Part shown: positions 42,101-52,768 of the stretch, piece after piece
Layout: each line of letters opens with the position of its first letter
Position numbering within the stretch: the stretch's first letter is position 1
From: Carpediemonas membranifera BICM
Lineage: Eukaryota; Protista; Fornicata
Direction of reading: 5' to 3'
Length of the DNA: 64,000 nucleotides
NCBI GenBank assembly: GCA_019828565.1
Contig: JAHDYR010000013.1
Coordinates: 62,001 to 126,000, forward strand
Notes under the pieces: generated by a model
What the model was told of the DNA's origin: nothing
Seen by the model: only the letters and a program-made list of their open reading frames with translations
Databases searched by the model: none
Program-made: the position numbers and the translations under genes

Positions 42101-44256
42101 CCCGCATCTCCTTCCCTGATCCAGCTATGAAATGGGACAACGAGGATGTCAGGGCCAAGGCGGACGAGGCGTTCAGACAGTACTTCACAGAGGCCAGGGA
42201 TGGCACGTATCGGCTGCTCATGGTCGGGTCGGCAGTTCCTCTCGCCAGCATAGTCTCGCCGGGCTTCAGGGAAAGGATTAGCGCCCACTTCTTCGCGCTG
42301 GTAACCCTGGTGTTCCGAACTAAGGACGCCTCCGCAGTGATGGCCAACCTGCCGCTCATTGACGCCGCCCTCGCACTCGACCCCGGACGGGTCCCCGCGA
42401 CGTACGTAGACAGGGCCCCCACCCGGTGTGACGCCCCCCTGGTACGGTCGATGCTGCCCTCCCTCATGGGGACTGACATCACCAACAGCTACCTCTCGTC
42501 CATTTCCCCCATAGCCCCGCTGCTACGGCGTTACTTCGACTCCCCACGACCCCTGGATGAAATGTCGCCCGGGCCGGAGTTCAGCGACACTCACCACCAT
42601 CTGTTCACACGGTCAGCTACTAATAGCCCAGCCACCTCCCAGTGCATGACCCCAGTGGCTCTGGACGGGCCGATTATCATCAAGGGAGACGACCCCTCAC
42701 CACCTGAGGCGATCTGGGCGATGTCAGTGACGATGAAGTCAAATTACTCGCGATACGTCTCCGGTGCCATCGGTAAGACTGTTCTTGCCGAGGAGAACAA
42801 CGAGCTCAAGCGCCGCATGCTCGCCGTGATGGACGACGAACGCGACAGGATGATCCACCGCCCCCTGAAGGCAGCCATGGGCGGAGACGCGGACCTTATC
42901 ACCGTGGCCAACTCGTACGACGTGTTCAACCAGTATCTGAAACACCAGGTGCACTCTAGGTCGGACAACGGCGCCTTGCTCCTGTTCAGCGTCAAGAACA
43001 CCGCGTTTGCATGCATCACCCGGTCTGGTTTGGTCAAGCAGGTTCCGTTTATATCCGTAGACAACCTTAATCTCCTGATCCAGCAGCAGCGGTTGGAGGA
43101 GGAGGAGTCCGACGCCGACTTTGGGGAAAGCGATGACGCCGACACTATTGTCAATGGCAGCGGAGTGAAGCTCAGCCTTGTTGAGGTCGACGCTGAGGAT
43201 GTTGACGTTGACTTTGATGACTTCGATGACTCGGACACCAATGAGCCGAGCTCTACGATCGCCAACACCACTTCGGTCCCCATCATCCGGCAGGACCAGG
43301 ACCTCCAGCATGGCGACAGTCAGCAGGCCCTCCGTAACAGCGTCGCACAGCACCCTGCCGCCGTCGAGGAGACGGACGACGACGACTGGGATGACTTCGA
43401 CCTCGGCAACGACGCCAACGCCACCAACGGTCAGTCCCAGACGTTCGTCCAGGCCAAGCTCAACAACTGGACCGCCGAGCCCGTCATTGGAGACCTGTTT
43501 GACACTGGAGCGACGATCGCCCAGCAGCTGGCGGGTGTCGGGCATGTCAGCTCGATCCATATCATTGGACCGCCCGTGATGCAGCTGTTCCCGTGGGAGC
43601 GGCACTTACCCGATGTCGCGTGCGTCCGGTGGATCTCCATTGTTGCACTAGCCTGCACCGCCGTCACCCGATTTGAAAGCACCTCACTGGTCCTCCCCAA
43701 GTGCTACGTCTCGCTGCTCCCGCCCGTTCCACACGCAGCACACCTCCACAAGGCCGTCTCATCGTCTAACGAACTCAGGCTCGACCTCCGTGAGGGTGAC
43801 TTGCTGTCTGATAAGCCCAGCTTCGCCCAAAGATTGCTCGGGAAGAAGTCGACTGGCGCCACTCAGGTTATACAGGCTGATGGCCTCGATATCTCATCAT
43901 GTTCGAATCTTTTAGACAATATTGAGGCGGATCTCAGATCTTTTGGCGGGTACAGTGTCGAGGAGTTCCCGCTGATCGCCTTCACCATGGCCGACCTCGC
44001 TGCCGTCCCCGAGATCCTCTCCGCCGTCCTTCTCTTCGCCGATCATCCCGTGGTGTTCGTACCCGCGGACAAGATGAAGCGGTTTGCCGAGCTGCTCAAC
44101 AAGGAGCGGCGACAGATCATACGGGCGTCTAGCAAGAGTTCCAAGCGTGATGATGCGCTCCAAGTGGAGAACCCGTCCCAGTTTGTGGCGCCGTTCCTGG
44201 ACATGGCCCGGAAGAAGCTGCGTGTTCCCCTGTTTGTGTTTAACCTGCTTGGATGA
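39175..44256 (+). CDS. Large hypothetical protein with TPR-like helical region
   Basis: About 1690 aa uninterrupted ORF with helical repeats and acidic DWD/DDFD motifs. Confidence 0.75.
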   Translation: MSDSDWDFDSESDGGTSNIPLQSHIRMTDGDEKFVMPKDHRFQSSKTAAINRINYPMSSVMKSLPEPSGSNSKGQLELERWLTDIVAKHSNLTSLELITSWSTQYNIQYSPAWCELYLQYIYSHYIRGKHSAAGGKLLDFFLSKDSIKTLRPYDDPSDVLDTEERRLLFVSTNSILNIAARLWIPGEWSRFNTMLTLAAERIVPGVHRYLYLVQLATLAHHVGALRSAGLMSGVLPAIVRMAEYYTISARQYLETHTKTADATELDSHDDFESSDELDWETDSNEGNDKTAERNIYASPFHQVEDEAVEIGLGLFILLSLLQDVSPLTCDPMPSHEDDESDTETGDGASTFGDADPLPLYLTDDELAQHMNAEVLAEVDERLRAPCYDPLADDVTQTQLAVLGSIYDHMPPCEVKSKVAMLLGRIAVAEHQPTVAESYYYEGLVVLDAIPHGPMAPILTELGLRLLMGYAEVTAALQKYKYSVVAYESAAMLLHIRQQLSGELDDNVELDRLHRELAAMCRGANDVPRATRYYAHVLAKAESEGRFIVAGCTADILSDIFRDKSDFTTAEQYLRLAVRFLGSTLLEEPDEASTKARDDISRSSGSSRSSRTDSLVRTRSRRAHRLSLSSDSSASGAVIVHKTSGLSSQQQSAYIKLAHLQLDSLKFHKGLTQLFALAKQPLPTTQLLSIHFQQAEGYLKVRDMTRARTMLMRIDGSLKLRTNNVSQTVGATATQSQRSRAGASADSVTSRNKVRFNLLCAKYFRLNGRAAEALTFVDYTYDEAEAQPGVLAYKRAKILGDVLVNNTSENIAIKPRWISNDPGLQSFGYDLRAPSHSTTVCGTRQQVRAVCLAAALAAINEFSHTDHSKETAATLFALNIAFPLIPENLKLPDSDDPVVDVDLTAFTSAVYSPPTPRLAIPSPFSRTTHTSASGVTGLNPDQLTHAALKARCSSTLSRISELALNPLVHLEALEMMARISFPDPAMKWDNEDVRAKADEAFRQYFTEARDGTYRLLMVGSAVPLASIVSPGFRERISAHFFALVTLVFRTKDASAVMANLPLIDAALALDPGRVPATYVDRAPTRCDAPLVRSMLPSLMGTDITNSYLSSISPIAPLLRRYFDSPRPLDEMSPGPEFSDTHHHLFTRSATNSPATSQCMTPVALDGPIIIKGDDPSPPEAIWAMSVTMKSNYSRYVSGAIGKTVLAEENNELKRRMLAVMDDERDRMIHRPLKAAMGGDADLITVANSYDVFNQYLKHQVHSRSDNGALLLFSVKNTAFACITRSGLVKQVPFISVDNLNLLIQQQRLEEEESDADFGESDDADTIVNGSGVKLSLVEVDAEDVDVDFDDFDDSDTNEPSSTIANTTSVPIIRQDQDLQHGDSQQALRNSVAQHPAAVEETDDDDWDDFDLGNDANATNGQSQTFVQAKLNNWTAEPVIGDLFDTGATIAQQLAGVGHVSSIHIIGPPVMQLFPWERHLPDVACVRWISIVALACTAVTRFESTSLVLPKCYVSLLPPVPHAAHLHKAVSSSNELRLDLREGDLLSDKPSFAQRLLGKKSTGATQVIQADGLDISSCSNLLDNIEADLRSFGGYSVEEFPLIAFTMADLAAVPEILSAVLLFADHPVVFVPADKMKRFAELLNKERRQIIRASSKSSKRDDALQVENPSQFVAPFLDMARKKLRVPLFVFNLLG

Positions 44257-44411
44257 GCAGGTTAGGTTTATGCATTAGTTATCCTACTTCTAAATGATTT
44301 TATTGGAGAGTGACGGTGCTTCGACGTGAAGGTTGAGTGTCGTCTTTTTTTCATGAAAAAATATTGAGCGCAGGAAAAAAGCTGTCCCGAGAGATAACCG
44401 CGATTAGCACG

Positions 44412-44955
44412 ATGGTAAGTGTTTGTGCGCATTCGCTACGGTGATTCTCTTTCATTCCTCTCGTGTCTGTCATTTCTGAAAATTGGAGCCTCCACTGGCA
44501 TTTGATGGTTGAGAATCCTCTACTTTCCGCCAGTAGAGTCTTGTATTTGCAAGAATGGCTACACATGCAGACATGTTGAGAAACCGCTGCGAAGTGCGTC
44601 TCCTGACGCCCTTACTCAGTCCAAGGCCACCAAGTTCGTTGTTGACTGCATGCAGCCCATCCGCGATGAGATCTTCGAGATCTCTGACTTCCACCAGTAC
44701 CTCATTGAGCACTTCAAGGTTGGCAAGAACGGCAAGGCCGGCCAGCTCGGTGACGACGTGACGATCAAGATGGAGAAGTACTCCGTCATCATCGTTTCCA
44801 AGGACGCTTTCGCCAAGCGCTACCTCAAGTACCTCGCTGCCAAGTTCCTTAAGAAGAACGACCTCCGCGACTACCTCCGCATCGTTGCTAACGCCAAGAA
44901 CTCCTACCAGCTCCGCTACTACTCTGTTGATGAGGAGACCGAGGAGCAGGAGTAA
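44412..44955 (+). CDS. RPL22: 60S ribosomal protein L22 (eL22), 205-nt intron after the ATG
   Basis: ATG|GTAAGT at 44415 to CTTACTCAG at 44619 gives MSKATKFVVDC; FAKRYLKYL..LRDYLRIVA..YQLRYY. Confidence 0.95.
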
Positions 44956-45179
44956 GCCCTATTCGCTGAGGAGCTCGAGCTTATAAACTCTCTGCCGGCC
45001 ATGTTGTCCGTATTCTGTCTGTCCTCTTGGATGCAGAGACTGGTTGACAAGCGTCGTGTTACCTTGACCGAGGTGAACTATCATGGGTCAGCCATCATGA
45101 GTCGCTGCACTGCCGTCAGTCGACCAGTGACAGTCACGAGTCATGGTGAGTCACGGAGTGCGGCGACGACGCAAAGAAG

Positions 45180-45782
45180 ATGCATTTGCTGAGCGTAAGG
45201 AGCTACGGCCTTGCCGCCTTTATTGTAGGAACCCTCTCATGCGCGGTTCTTCTGGCGCATATGACGTCGTACTTTCAGACCGAGAGCTACACTGTCGCTA
45301 GCTTCTCTACGGCCATCGGAGACTTGTTTGTCCCAAACTATCACAATATCTCACACAGCGAAAGACACAAGTGGAAGATGTATGAGCTTGCGGACCTCTT
45401 TGTCGACTTTGAGGCCCACATTGACGACACGTTCACGTGGGCCGTGAAGATGATCTATGCCTACATCAAGGCGAGCTACACAGACGACCTAGGCCACACA
45501 CACGAGATGATTGTGTGGGATCGCCGCATTTCGAGCAAGGAGGACGCCACGCTCCTTGTTACTTTCGTCAACCGCGATCCGACCGAAATATACCCACTTA
45601 GAAGCCTTCATGTCGGCGAGCTTGCCAACAAGGAGGTACAGCTCTCCCTGGGTTTCAACGTCATCCCCGTGGGTGGCCTCCTCCGCTGGGACGACCTGGG
45701 TACGTTCGTCTCAAAGGTTCTTCCCGCGAAGTACCAAAACGCGGCGACTGCCATGAAAGAAGCGGCGGGCATGAGCATGTAG
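45180..45782 (+). CDS. SPCS3: Signal peptidase complex subunit SPC22/23
   Basis: N-terminal TM; FTWAVKMIYAYIKASY, VWDRRI, YPL and NVIPVGGLL. Confidence 0.85.
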   Translation: MHLLSVRSYGLAAFIVGTLSCAVLLAHMTSYFQTESYTVASFSTAIGDLFVPNYHNISHSERHKWKMYELADLFVDFEAHIDDTFTWAVKMIYAYIKASYTDDLGHTHEMIVWDRRISSKEDATLLVTFVNRDPTEIYPLRSLHVGELANKEVQLSLGFNVIPVGGLLRWDDLGTFVSKVLPAKYQNAATAMKEAAGMSM

Positions 45783-46007
45783 ATACGTAAAGAACGACAG
45801 TCAACCGGGTGGGGAGAGGAAAGTTGGCCCCCTCACCCCTGCAGTGTATCTAGCGGGTATTCTTCTTCTGGCATGTGTGTAGTTTGTGCACCGTGTTATG
45901 ACACTGAGTACAACGGCCGCAGACGCCGCGGCAACTAGTAAGGGCCTGGCTCGACGACGTCTAAAAGTGCGTCGTTTTTTTCGTGAAAAAAAGTTGCAAC
46001 GAAGAAC

Positions 46008-46922
46008 ATGGGTTTCCAGCCTCGTGGTGGTTCTCGCGGCGGTAGCCGCGGCGGTTCTCGTGGTAGAGGCGGTTTCTCGAACGGTGGTGGCCCCCGCGGC
46101 CGCGGTGGCCGTGGTGGCGCTCCCCGTGGACGTGGCGGCGCGCCGCGCGGTCGTGGTGCGCCCCGTGGTGGCCGTGGCGGCCGTGGTGGTGCCCGCGGGC
46201 CCCCCGGCAAGCCCGGCCGCGTCATGGTCGAGCAGCACGAGCGCCATCCCGGCGTGTTCATCATCCGCTCCACTTCGGATTACCTTGCGACAAAGAACCT
46301 CGCGCCCGGCGTGTCTGTGTACTCCGAGAAGCGCTTCCAGGTGGACGAGACGGACAAGAGCCTCGAGTACCGTGAGTGGAACCCCTTCCGCTCCAAGCTC
46401 GGCGCCTCGATCGTCAACGGCATCGCCGACATCTACATGCGCCCCGGCTGCAAGGTCCTGTACCTCGGCGCCGCGTCTGGCACCACTGTTTCCCACGTTT
46501 CCGATCTCGTCGGCCCTGCTGGCCGCGTGTACGCCGTGGAGTTCTCGCACAGGTCCGGCCGTGACCTTCTCGAGGTCGCCAAGAAGCGCCCGAACATCGT
46601 GCCCATCATTGAGGATGCCCGGCACCCCCACAAGTACCGTATGATGGTGCCCATGGTCGACGTGATCTTCTCTGACGTAGCCCAGCCAGACCAGTCCCGT
46701 ATCGTCGCCCACAACGCCGAGAACTTCCTCAAGAACAACGGCGGCTTCATCATCTCGATCAAGGCCTCCTGCGTGGATTCAACGCTCGACCCCTCCGTCG
46801 TCTTCGCGTCGGAAACCGAGGTGCTGAAGCAGAACGACTTCGTCCCCAAGGCGAAGACCACGCTCGAGCCCTACGAGAAGAACCACGCCTGTATCTCGGG
46901 CCTGTATAGAGTCACCAACTAA
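46008..46922 (+). CDS. FBL: Fibrillarin (rRNA 2'-O-methyltransferase), copy 1
   Basis: GAR/RGG domain; [32 protein letters not shown]. Confidence 0.97.
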   Translation: MGFQPRGGSRGGSRGGSRGRGGFSNGGGPRGRGGRGGAPRGRGGAPRGRGAPRGGRGGRGGARGPPGKPGRVMVEQHERHPGVFIIRSTSDYLATKNLAPGVSVYSEKRFQVDETDKSLEYREWNPFRSKLGASIVNGIADIYMRPGCKVLYLGAASGTTVSHVSDLVGPAGRVYAVEFSHRSGRDLLEVAKKRPNIVPIIEDARHPHKYRMMVPMVDVIFSDVAQPDQSRIVAHNAENFLKNNGGFIISIKASCVDSTLDPSVVFASETEVLKQNDFVPKAKTTLEPYEKNHACISGLYRVTN

Positions 46923-47736
46923 GCGAGGAAGCAGATGTAAACGCGGATTTTTTCATCAGACTGTTGGCGCTTACCGGGGGTGTCAAGACCAGCTTTTGAG
47001 TCCCGGCATGTCATTGGACTGGAGACACAAGTCGGTTGAGTACAGTAGAGTCGGGCCTGACATGCTTATGTGGGGCGATACTGGTGTGACCGCAATTTCC
47101 TCGTGAGTCGCTGTGCAGTTTATGCAGATCGTTTCACCGCGTCTTCTCCACAGGCGACTGATGCAACAATATTCTGTGCCTGATTCGACGGGGCACTGCG
47201 TGTAACTGCGATGAAAATCAGTTTTTTGTGCTCTTCTTCACGATCCTCGGGTCTCCTGGGATGTGATGCAGCCAGACACTGCAAAGCACAGCTTGAAATG
47301 TGACAACAATGAAGTGTCATGCAGATAGTCTTCCTAACTAAGCGCTCCTTCGTTCATGCACCAGAACACTTGCGCAATACCAAGATCGACCTTGACCGCT
47401 GATGTTTTTGAAATGCATTGGACATTTAACCAAACATTCAGACTACCCCGAGGCCTTACAGCCAATACCCGCCATGCCACTTGGTTAATACATCTGCCAC
47501 ATGCCAGTCATGCGCTTGTTACGAATTTATCCATGTTACTACGAAGATTCGACCCAAGCTGGACAAGAACCTCGGTTAACCGCCATTAGGGAGCACTACA
47601 TACTACATTGAGCTGGTATATGACAGTTGGCATTCTTGCAGTCGCCCGATATCCTGGGAGATCACGCAACCGCCATCTCGAAAACTTTTCGTTCATCTTT
47701 TCGTGCAACCATCTTTGGCAATCTATTCACACGCAA

Positions 47737-49482
47737 ATGCCAACCAGTTCAACAAGTCAAGGTTGTTTAAGCACGGTTGCTTCAACAGCCGGTCCAAATA
47801 GCAATGGAAGCGTTCTCTATCGCTTTCTTTCCAAGGTTGAGAAGCTAGCCGTCTTTCAGCTTCATACCGAGCTCTACGCGGTCATTATAGCCATTCCCTC
47901 TATCCTATGGTGCGCGTTCCAGGCTCTTTCACAGCGTCAAATCTTCAATACCGAAGGTTTTGAGACATGGCCGGTTCGAGACATCGTGTTCTATACCATC
48001 GACAGCGTGTGCATCAACGCCTGGGTACTACCCTACTGCTACGTCCCCATCCTACTCGCATACTGGAATAAGAAGGCCGCCCTCATCGGAATCGGGCTCG
48101 CTGCCTTCGACACGATCGTCATCATCTGGTCGTCCCTGGCTTCGTCCTTTCTCCGTCGCTGGGTCCCCCTCGACATCCTACTCGTGCCCCTGTACCTCGG
48201 AGCATTCGTATTCATCGCGTACCTCGCCATCTCATCGCACGTTGCGAAGCTCCTCAAGGCTTGGAAGATTATATTCTGGTATGTCCCATTCGTCATCTGT
48301 CTCTTCTTGATTGACCTCGTCATCCTCAGTCTGTACTTCTCCCAGGACGTCTCGGACACGTCTACCTCGGCCGTGCTTCGTCGGGTTATCGTGCGAGTCT
48401 TCGTTGTGCCAGCATTCACCTTAATTTTCACATTTACGGCACGCACTGTCGCCATCTACATGGATAATGTCCCCAACAACCAGCGCCTCGCCCTCACTGT
48501 CAACTCTACGGCCTTCCGGTCGATGATTGGGCGAATCCTCACGGCCAACACGTCCTCCTACGCCGAGACCCTCCTTATGCTCGTATTGACACTATTCTCG
48601 GATACACTACTCCGAGTAACGTCCATGTGGCGTGATATCATCTTCATTCGTGCCCTGTACTACGTTTTCATCTGGCCGGTCAAGACAATCATGCGTCTAA
48701 TCATGCGCAAGGATGGGAAGAAGCCGGAAGCCGAGCCCGAGGACTTGGCCCATGCCCACCCAAACGACGCACCGCACCATCCACCGCACCATGACGGCGA
48801 TGACGACATCCTGACGATGACCCCGATGCACCACTACCCTCCTGCCATCGCCGAGGAGGTTGAGTCAGGCGACGGGTCGAGCGACTTCGAGGAGGCCCCC
48901 GGGTTCGACGTGGCGGACGAAATCCCGTCACCCATGGTCGACATCGTTGCCTCGCGGTTCCTCAGCCAGAACGACATTGAAAGTGGACGGGGCCGCAGTG
49001 TTTCATTCAGCCAGCAGAGCAAGGAGGGGATCCGATTCTTTGATGATCTCAAGCAGAATGAGATTGCGATGAGTCGCAAGGTCAATCTGAAGCAGCTGTA
49101 CACCGGCTTCATCACTAATGTTAGTACCCAACCCAACCCATCATTTACCCAGGAATCAATCATGGACTCAAGCTGCATCATCTCTGTCACAGTCATGACT
49201 TTTTCGTACCATCTGTTGTACAACAGCGATACCCAGAACGAGCTAGTGAGAGCCTCTATCGTCTGCGCCATGCAAGTCATCTTCGCATTCCTGACCGACG
49301 CACTCACCATCGTGCTCTGGTCATCACCCCAGCTGCTGAGAAACCGTAAGCCGCTGTTTGTCGCAGTCTGGAACCACAAAGCCCATAATATGCTGATCCA
49401 CCTGTTCTGTGCCAACTGGAGCGCGGTGTTGTTCTTCACATATCGCGTGTTCCTTGCAATGAGCGGGAAGTGGCATCAATGA
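47737..49482 (+). CDS. Multi-pass membrane protein of unknown function (probable in-frame intron)
   Basis: Many TM segments. A 33-nt GTTAGT..TTTACCCAG segment at 49120-49152 fits the intron consensus and keeps the frame. Confidence 0.7.
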   Translation: MPTSSTSQGCLSTVASTAGPNSNGSVLYRFLSKVEKLAVFQLHTELYAVIIAIPSILWCAFQALSQRQIFNTEGFETWPVRDIVFYTIDSVCINAWVLPYCYVPILLAYWNKKAALIGIGLAAFDTIVIIWSSLASSFLRRWVPLDILLVPLYLGAFVFIAYLAISSHVAKLLKAWKIIFWYVPFVICLFLIDLVILSLYFSQDVSDTSTSAVLRRVIVRVFVVPAFTLIFTFTARTVAIYMDNVPNNQRLALTVNSTAFRSMIGRILTANTSSYAETLLMLVLTLFSDTLLRVTSMWRDIIFIRALYYVFIWPVKTIMRLIMRKDGKKPEAEPEDLAHAHPNDAPHHPPHHDGDDDILTMTPMHHYPPAIAEEVESGDGSSDFEEAPGFDVADEIPSPMVDIVASRFLSQNDIESGRGRSVSFSQQSKEGIRFFDDLKQNEIAMSRKVNLKQLYTGFITNVSTQPNPSFTQESIMDSSCIISVTVMTFSYHLLYNSDTQNELVRASIVCAMQVIFAFLTDALTIVLWSSPQLLRNRKPLFVAVWNHKAHNMLIHLFCANWSAVLFFTYRVFLAMSGKWHQ

Positions 49483-49880
49483 TGCCAAGGTGGATGGAAG
49501 ACCCGCGGGTGTGACAGTTGGTCTGTGGTTGGCTTCTCTTATATGATGGGCGACTGATAGTGGGCCATATGTAAACGGGTAGAGCCTAGTCCAACGGGAA
49601 TTATGGTCGACACTAGCTTATGAGAATATGCGTGTCATCATGTCACGCTAGATGCGCAGTCAGACGAAGTCGACGCTTGCTCCTATGCGAGCAGACTCTG
49701 TCGATCTATCCCTCTTGCAGTGTACACCAGCGGGTATCTTCTGGCATGTGTGTAGTTTGTGCACCGTGTTATGACACTGAGTACAACGGCCGCAGACGCC
49801 GCGGCAACTAGTAAGGGCCTGGCTCGACGACGTCTAAAAGTGCGTCGTTTTTTTCGTGAAAAAAAGTTGCAACGAAGAAC

Positions 49881-50795
49881 ATGGGTTTCCAGCCTCGTGG
49901 TGGTTCTCGCGGCGGTAGCCGCGGCGGTTCTCGTGGTAGAGGCGGTTTCTCGAACGGTGGTGGCCCCCGCGGCCGCGGTGGCCGTGGTGGCGCTCCCCGT
50001 GGACGTGGCGGCGCGCCGCGCGGTCGTGGTGCGCCCCGTGGTGGCCGTGGCGGCCGTGGTGGTGCCCGCGGGCCCCCCGGCAAGCCCGGCCGCGTCATGG
50101 TCGAGCAGCACGAGCGCCATCCCGGCGTGTTCATCATCCGCTCCACTTCGGATTACCTTGCGACAAAGAACCTCGCGCCCGGCGTGTCTGTGTACTCCGA
50201 GAAGCGCTTCCAGGTGGACGAGACGGACAAGAGCCTCGAGTACCGTGAGTGGAACCCCTTCCGCTCCAAGCTCGGCGCCTCGATCGTCAACGGCATCGCC
50301 GACATCTACATGCGCCCCGGCTGCAAGGTCCTGTACCTCGGCGCCGCGTCTGGCACCACTGTTTCCCACGTTTCCGATCTCGTCGGCCCTGCTGGCCGCG
50401 TGTACGCCGTGGAGTTCTCGCACAGGTCCGGCCGTGACCTTCTCGAGGTCGCCAAGAAGCGCCCGAACATCGTGCCCATCATTGAGGATGCCCGGCACCC
50501 CCACAAGTACCGTATGATGGTGCCCATGGTCGACGTGATCTTCTCTGACGTAGCCCAGCCAGACCAGTCCCGTATCGTCGCCCACAACGCCGAGAACTTC
50601 CTCAAGAACAACGGCGGCTTCATCATCTCGATCAAGGCCTCCTGCGTGGATTCAACGCTCGACCCCTCCGTCGTCTTCGCGTCGGAAACCGAGGTGCTGA
50701 AGCAGAACGACTTCGTCCCCAAGGCGAAGACCACGCTCGAGCCCTACGAGAAGAACCACGCCTGTATCTCGGGCCTGTATAGAGTCACCAACTAA
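49881..50795 (+). CDS. FBL: Fibrillarin, copy 2
   Basis: Protein identical to copy 1. Confidence 0.97.
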   Translation: MGFQPRGGSRGGSRGGSRGRGGFSNGGGPRGRGGRGGAPRGRGGAPRGRGAPRGGRGGRGGARGPPGKPGRVMVEQHERHPGVFIIRSTSDYLATKNLAPGVSVYSEKRFQVDETDKSLEYREWNPFRSKLGASIVNGIADIYMRPGCKVLYLGAASGTTVSHVSDLVGPAGRVYAVEFSHRSGRDLLEVAKKRPNIVPIIEDARHPHKYRMMVPMVDVIFSDVAQPDQSRIVAHNAENFLKNNGGFIISIKASCVDSTLDPSVVFASETEVLKQNDFVPKAKTTLEPYEKNHACISGLYRVTN

Positions 50796-50980
50796 GCGAG
50801 GAAGCAGATGTAAACGCGGATTTTTTCATCGAGATGTGTTGGCTTGCTGGTAACGACGGTGAATCAGGTTGAGTTGTGATAGGACAGAGATGTTAAGGTG
50901 AAGGATGTTGTCCGACGCGACTTCAGGTTGAGTGGTTCTCCACTAAATTACGCGAAGATTAAATTCTTTCAGTGACGTGA

Positions 50981-52177
50981 ATGGGAGAAACAACGCCTGT
51001 ATACCGAACGAGGACTTCTAAAGCGAAACGCAAGGAAGAACCAAGTAATCTAACCATTCTCCCCGATTTATGTCTTGAGAACTTCGAGCTTATCCGCCTT
51101 TTAGGCAAGGGAGACGTCGGACGAGTCTATATTGCTCGCCATAAGCCTACAGGACGCATAGTCTCGCTTAAGATCTTCAATCGTGAAGAAATGGTAAGAC
51201 GGAACAAGCTCCAGCGCATCTACACCGAGCGCGAGATCCTGGCAACGGCGAAGCACCCCTTCATCGTGACCTGCCACGGCTCTTTCAGCGATGCCGACAA
51301 CATATATGTCACGATGGACTTCTGCCAGGGCGGTGAGTTCTTCTACTACCTTCATTCGAAGATGAATGACCTCAAGGAGGACCAAATAAGAACTATCGTC
51401 TGCGAAATCATCCTCGCCATCGAATACCTCCACTCCCTTGGTGTGATCTACCGTGATCTGAAGCCCGAGAACATCCTGATACACGAGTCCGGCCATATCC
51501 GCATCGCAGACTTCGATCTCTCCAAACGGAGCACGACATGTGCCAGATCCCCCGTCAAGGTCTCAGATTCGACAAAGATGAGCCTCAAGTTCTCCTGGCG
51601 CGACAGGTCTCTCTTTAGCTCGCACGACTACGTGGTCGGCACGAACCTCGATCTCGTCGCCCAGTCTTTCGTCGGCACAGAAGAGTATCTTGCTCCCGAA
51701 GTCATCACCGGCCCCGACTACACCATGGCCGTCGACTGGTGGACGCTGGGCGTGCTGACGTATGAGATGTTCTACGGCTTCACGCCATTTAGGGGCTCAA
51801 CAGCCAATGTGACGTTCGCGAACATTGTCAGGCGCCCCGCAACTTTCCCATCAAAGCCGAAGGTGAAGATGTCGGCTAACGCCAAGGCTTTCATCCAGGC
51901 ACTTCTTGAGCCAGACGCTAACCACCGCCTGGGCGCCGTCTTTGGGGCAAGCGAGGTGAAGCAGCACAAGTGGTTCAAGGGCTTCCAGTGGTCTCTCATC
52001 CCGAAGGACCCGCCCATCCATTTGTCTCTCCACGAGGACGTTGACGGCGTCCCCGACCTGTCCTACTTCCCCCGGCTCAGCGAGCTTGACTCGGACGCTG
52101 AGGACGACGACGAGGTGGAGGTGCTGGGGCAAGCGAGCGTACCAGTGCCGCCACAGTCGGCCCAGGGGCTGGATTGA
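50981..52177 (+). CDS. AGC Ser/Thr kinase, Fpk1/Kin82/Nrc-2 (AGCVIII-like) type
   Basis: LGKGDVGRVY, YRDLKPENIL, diagnostic DFDLS, insert before SFVGTEEYLAPE. Confidence 0.88.
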   Translation: MGETTPVYRTRTSKAKRKEEPSNLTILPDLCLENFELIRLLGKGDVGRVYIARHKPTGRIVSLKIFNREEMVRRNKLQRIYTEREILATAKHPFIVTCHGSFSDADNIYVTMDFCQGGEFFYYLHSKMNDLKEDQIRTIVCEIILAIEYLHSLGVIYRDLKPENILIHESGHIRIADFDLSKRSTTCARSPVKVSDSTKMSLKFSWRDRSLFSSHDYVVGTNLDLVAQSFVGTEEYLAPEVITGPDYTMAVDWWTLGVLTYEMFYGFTPFRGSTANVTFANIVRRPATFPSKPKVKMSANAKAFIQALLEPDANHRLGAVFGASEVKQHKWFKGFQWSLIPKDPPIHLSLHEDVDGVPDLSYFPRLSELDSDAEDDDEVEVLGQASVPVPPQSAQGLD

Positions 52178-52768
52178 GCGTTGGCAGCCCACAGTGGCGG
52201 CATGGGATTAGATATGGACACAGGCCATGCTGTTTCATGATAAAGAACGGCGATCAGTAAGATCCCAGGGCTATCCATAGGAATGGTTGGGGGCCTGTGG
52301 GATCGGCAGCATCACTGTGGGCTGCCGTTGAATATGGAGGAATGCCAGCAGTCGCTCGTAGGCGACCAAGCAGTCAGAAAATGTAAAGCTCGTCCCGTTT
52401 AGGCCAGGTAAGATACTCCATGGTGGTGACGGCGGATGCCGAACCATAAATCTTCAGATTCACTTTCCATTTGGCAGATAATCAAGGGGGTTTGCCAGCA
52501 TGTGGCAATACGAGCCGGATTTGTATGTTTCATGGCGTTATTGAGTGGGCTGTCCAGACAGAGCCTGGGCCAGTTCGGGGTGACTCATTTTGACCACATC
52601 GTCATCGACCACATCGGGATCGACGGTAAATTATGGGCCAAGAATGGTTCGGGCAGCACAGTACACCCACATAAAGGTCGGTCGCAGTTGTCTCATTTTG
52701 AGATTGGTCTCGGTCTCTCCTTGCCGCGATCCCGCACTTTTCCAAGACAATTCTTATCTCGAGCGAGA

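Larger units (their letters stand above)
45864..50830 (+). repeat. Direct duplication of ~1.09 kb (45864-46957 and 49737-50830)
   Basis: Apparently identical copies offset by 3873 bp, covering the upstream region, CDS and 3'UTR. Confidence 0.93.

Noticed and set aside
46960-47730. snoRNA or gene downstream of fibrillarin copy 1
   Set aside because: No convincing box C/D pair, H/ACA structure or coding signal.
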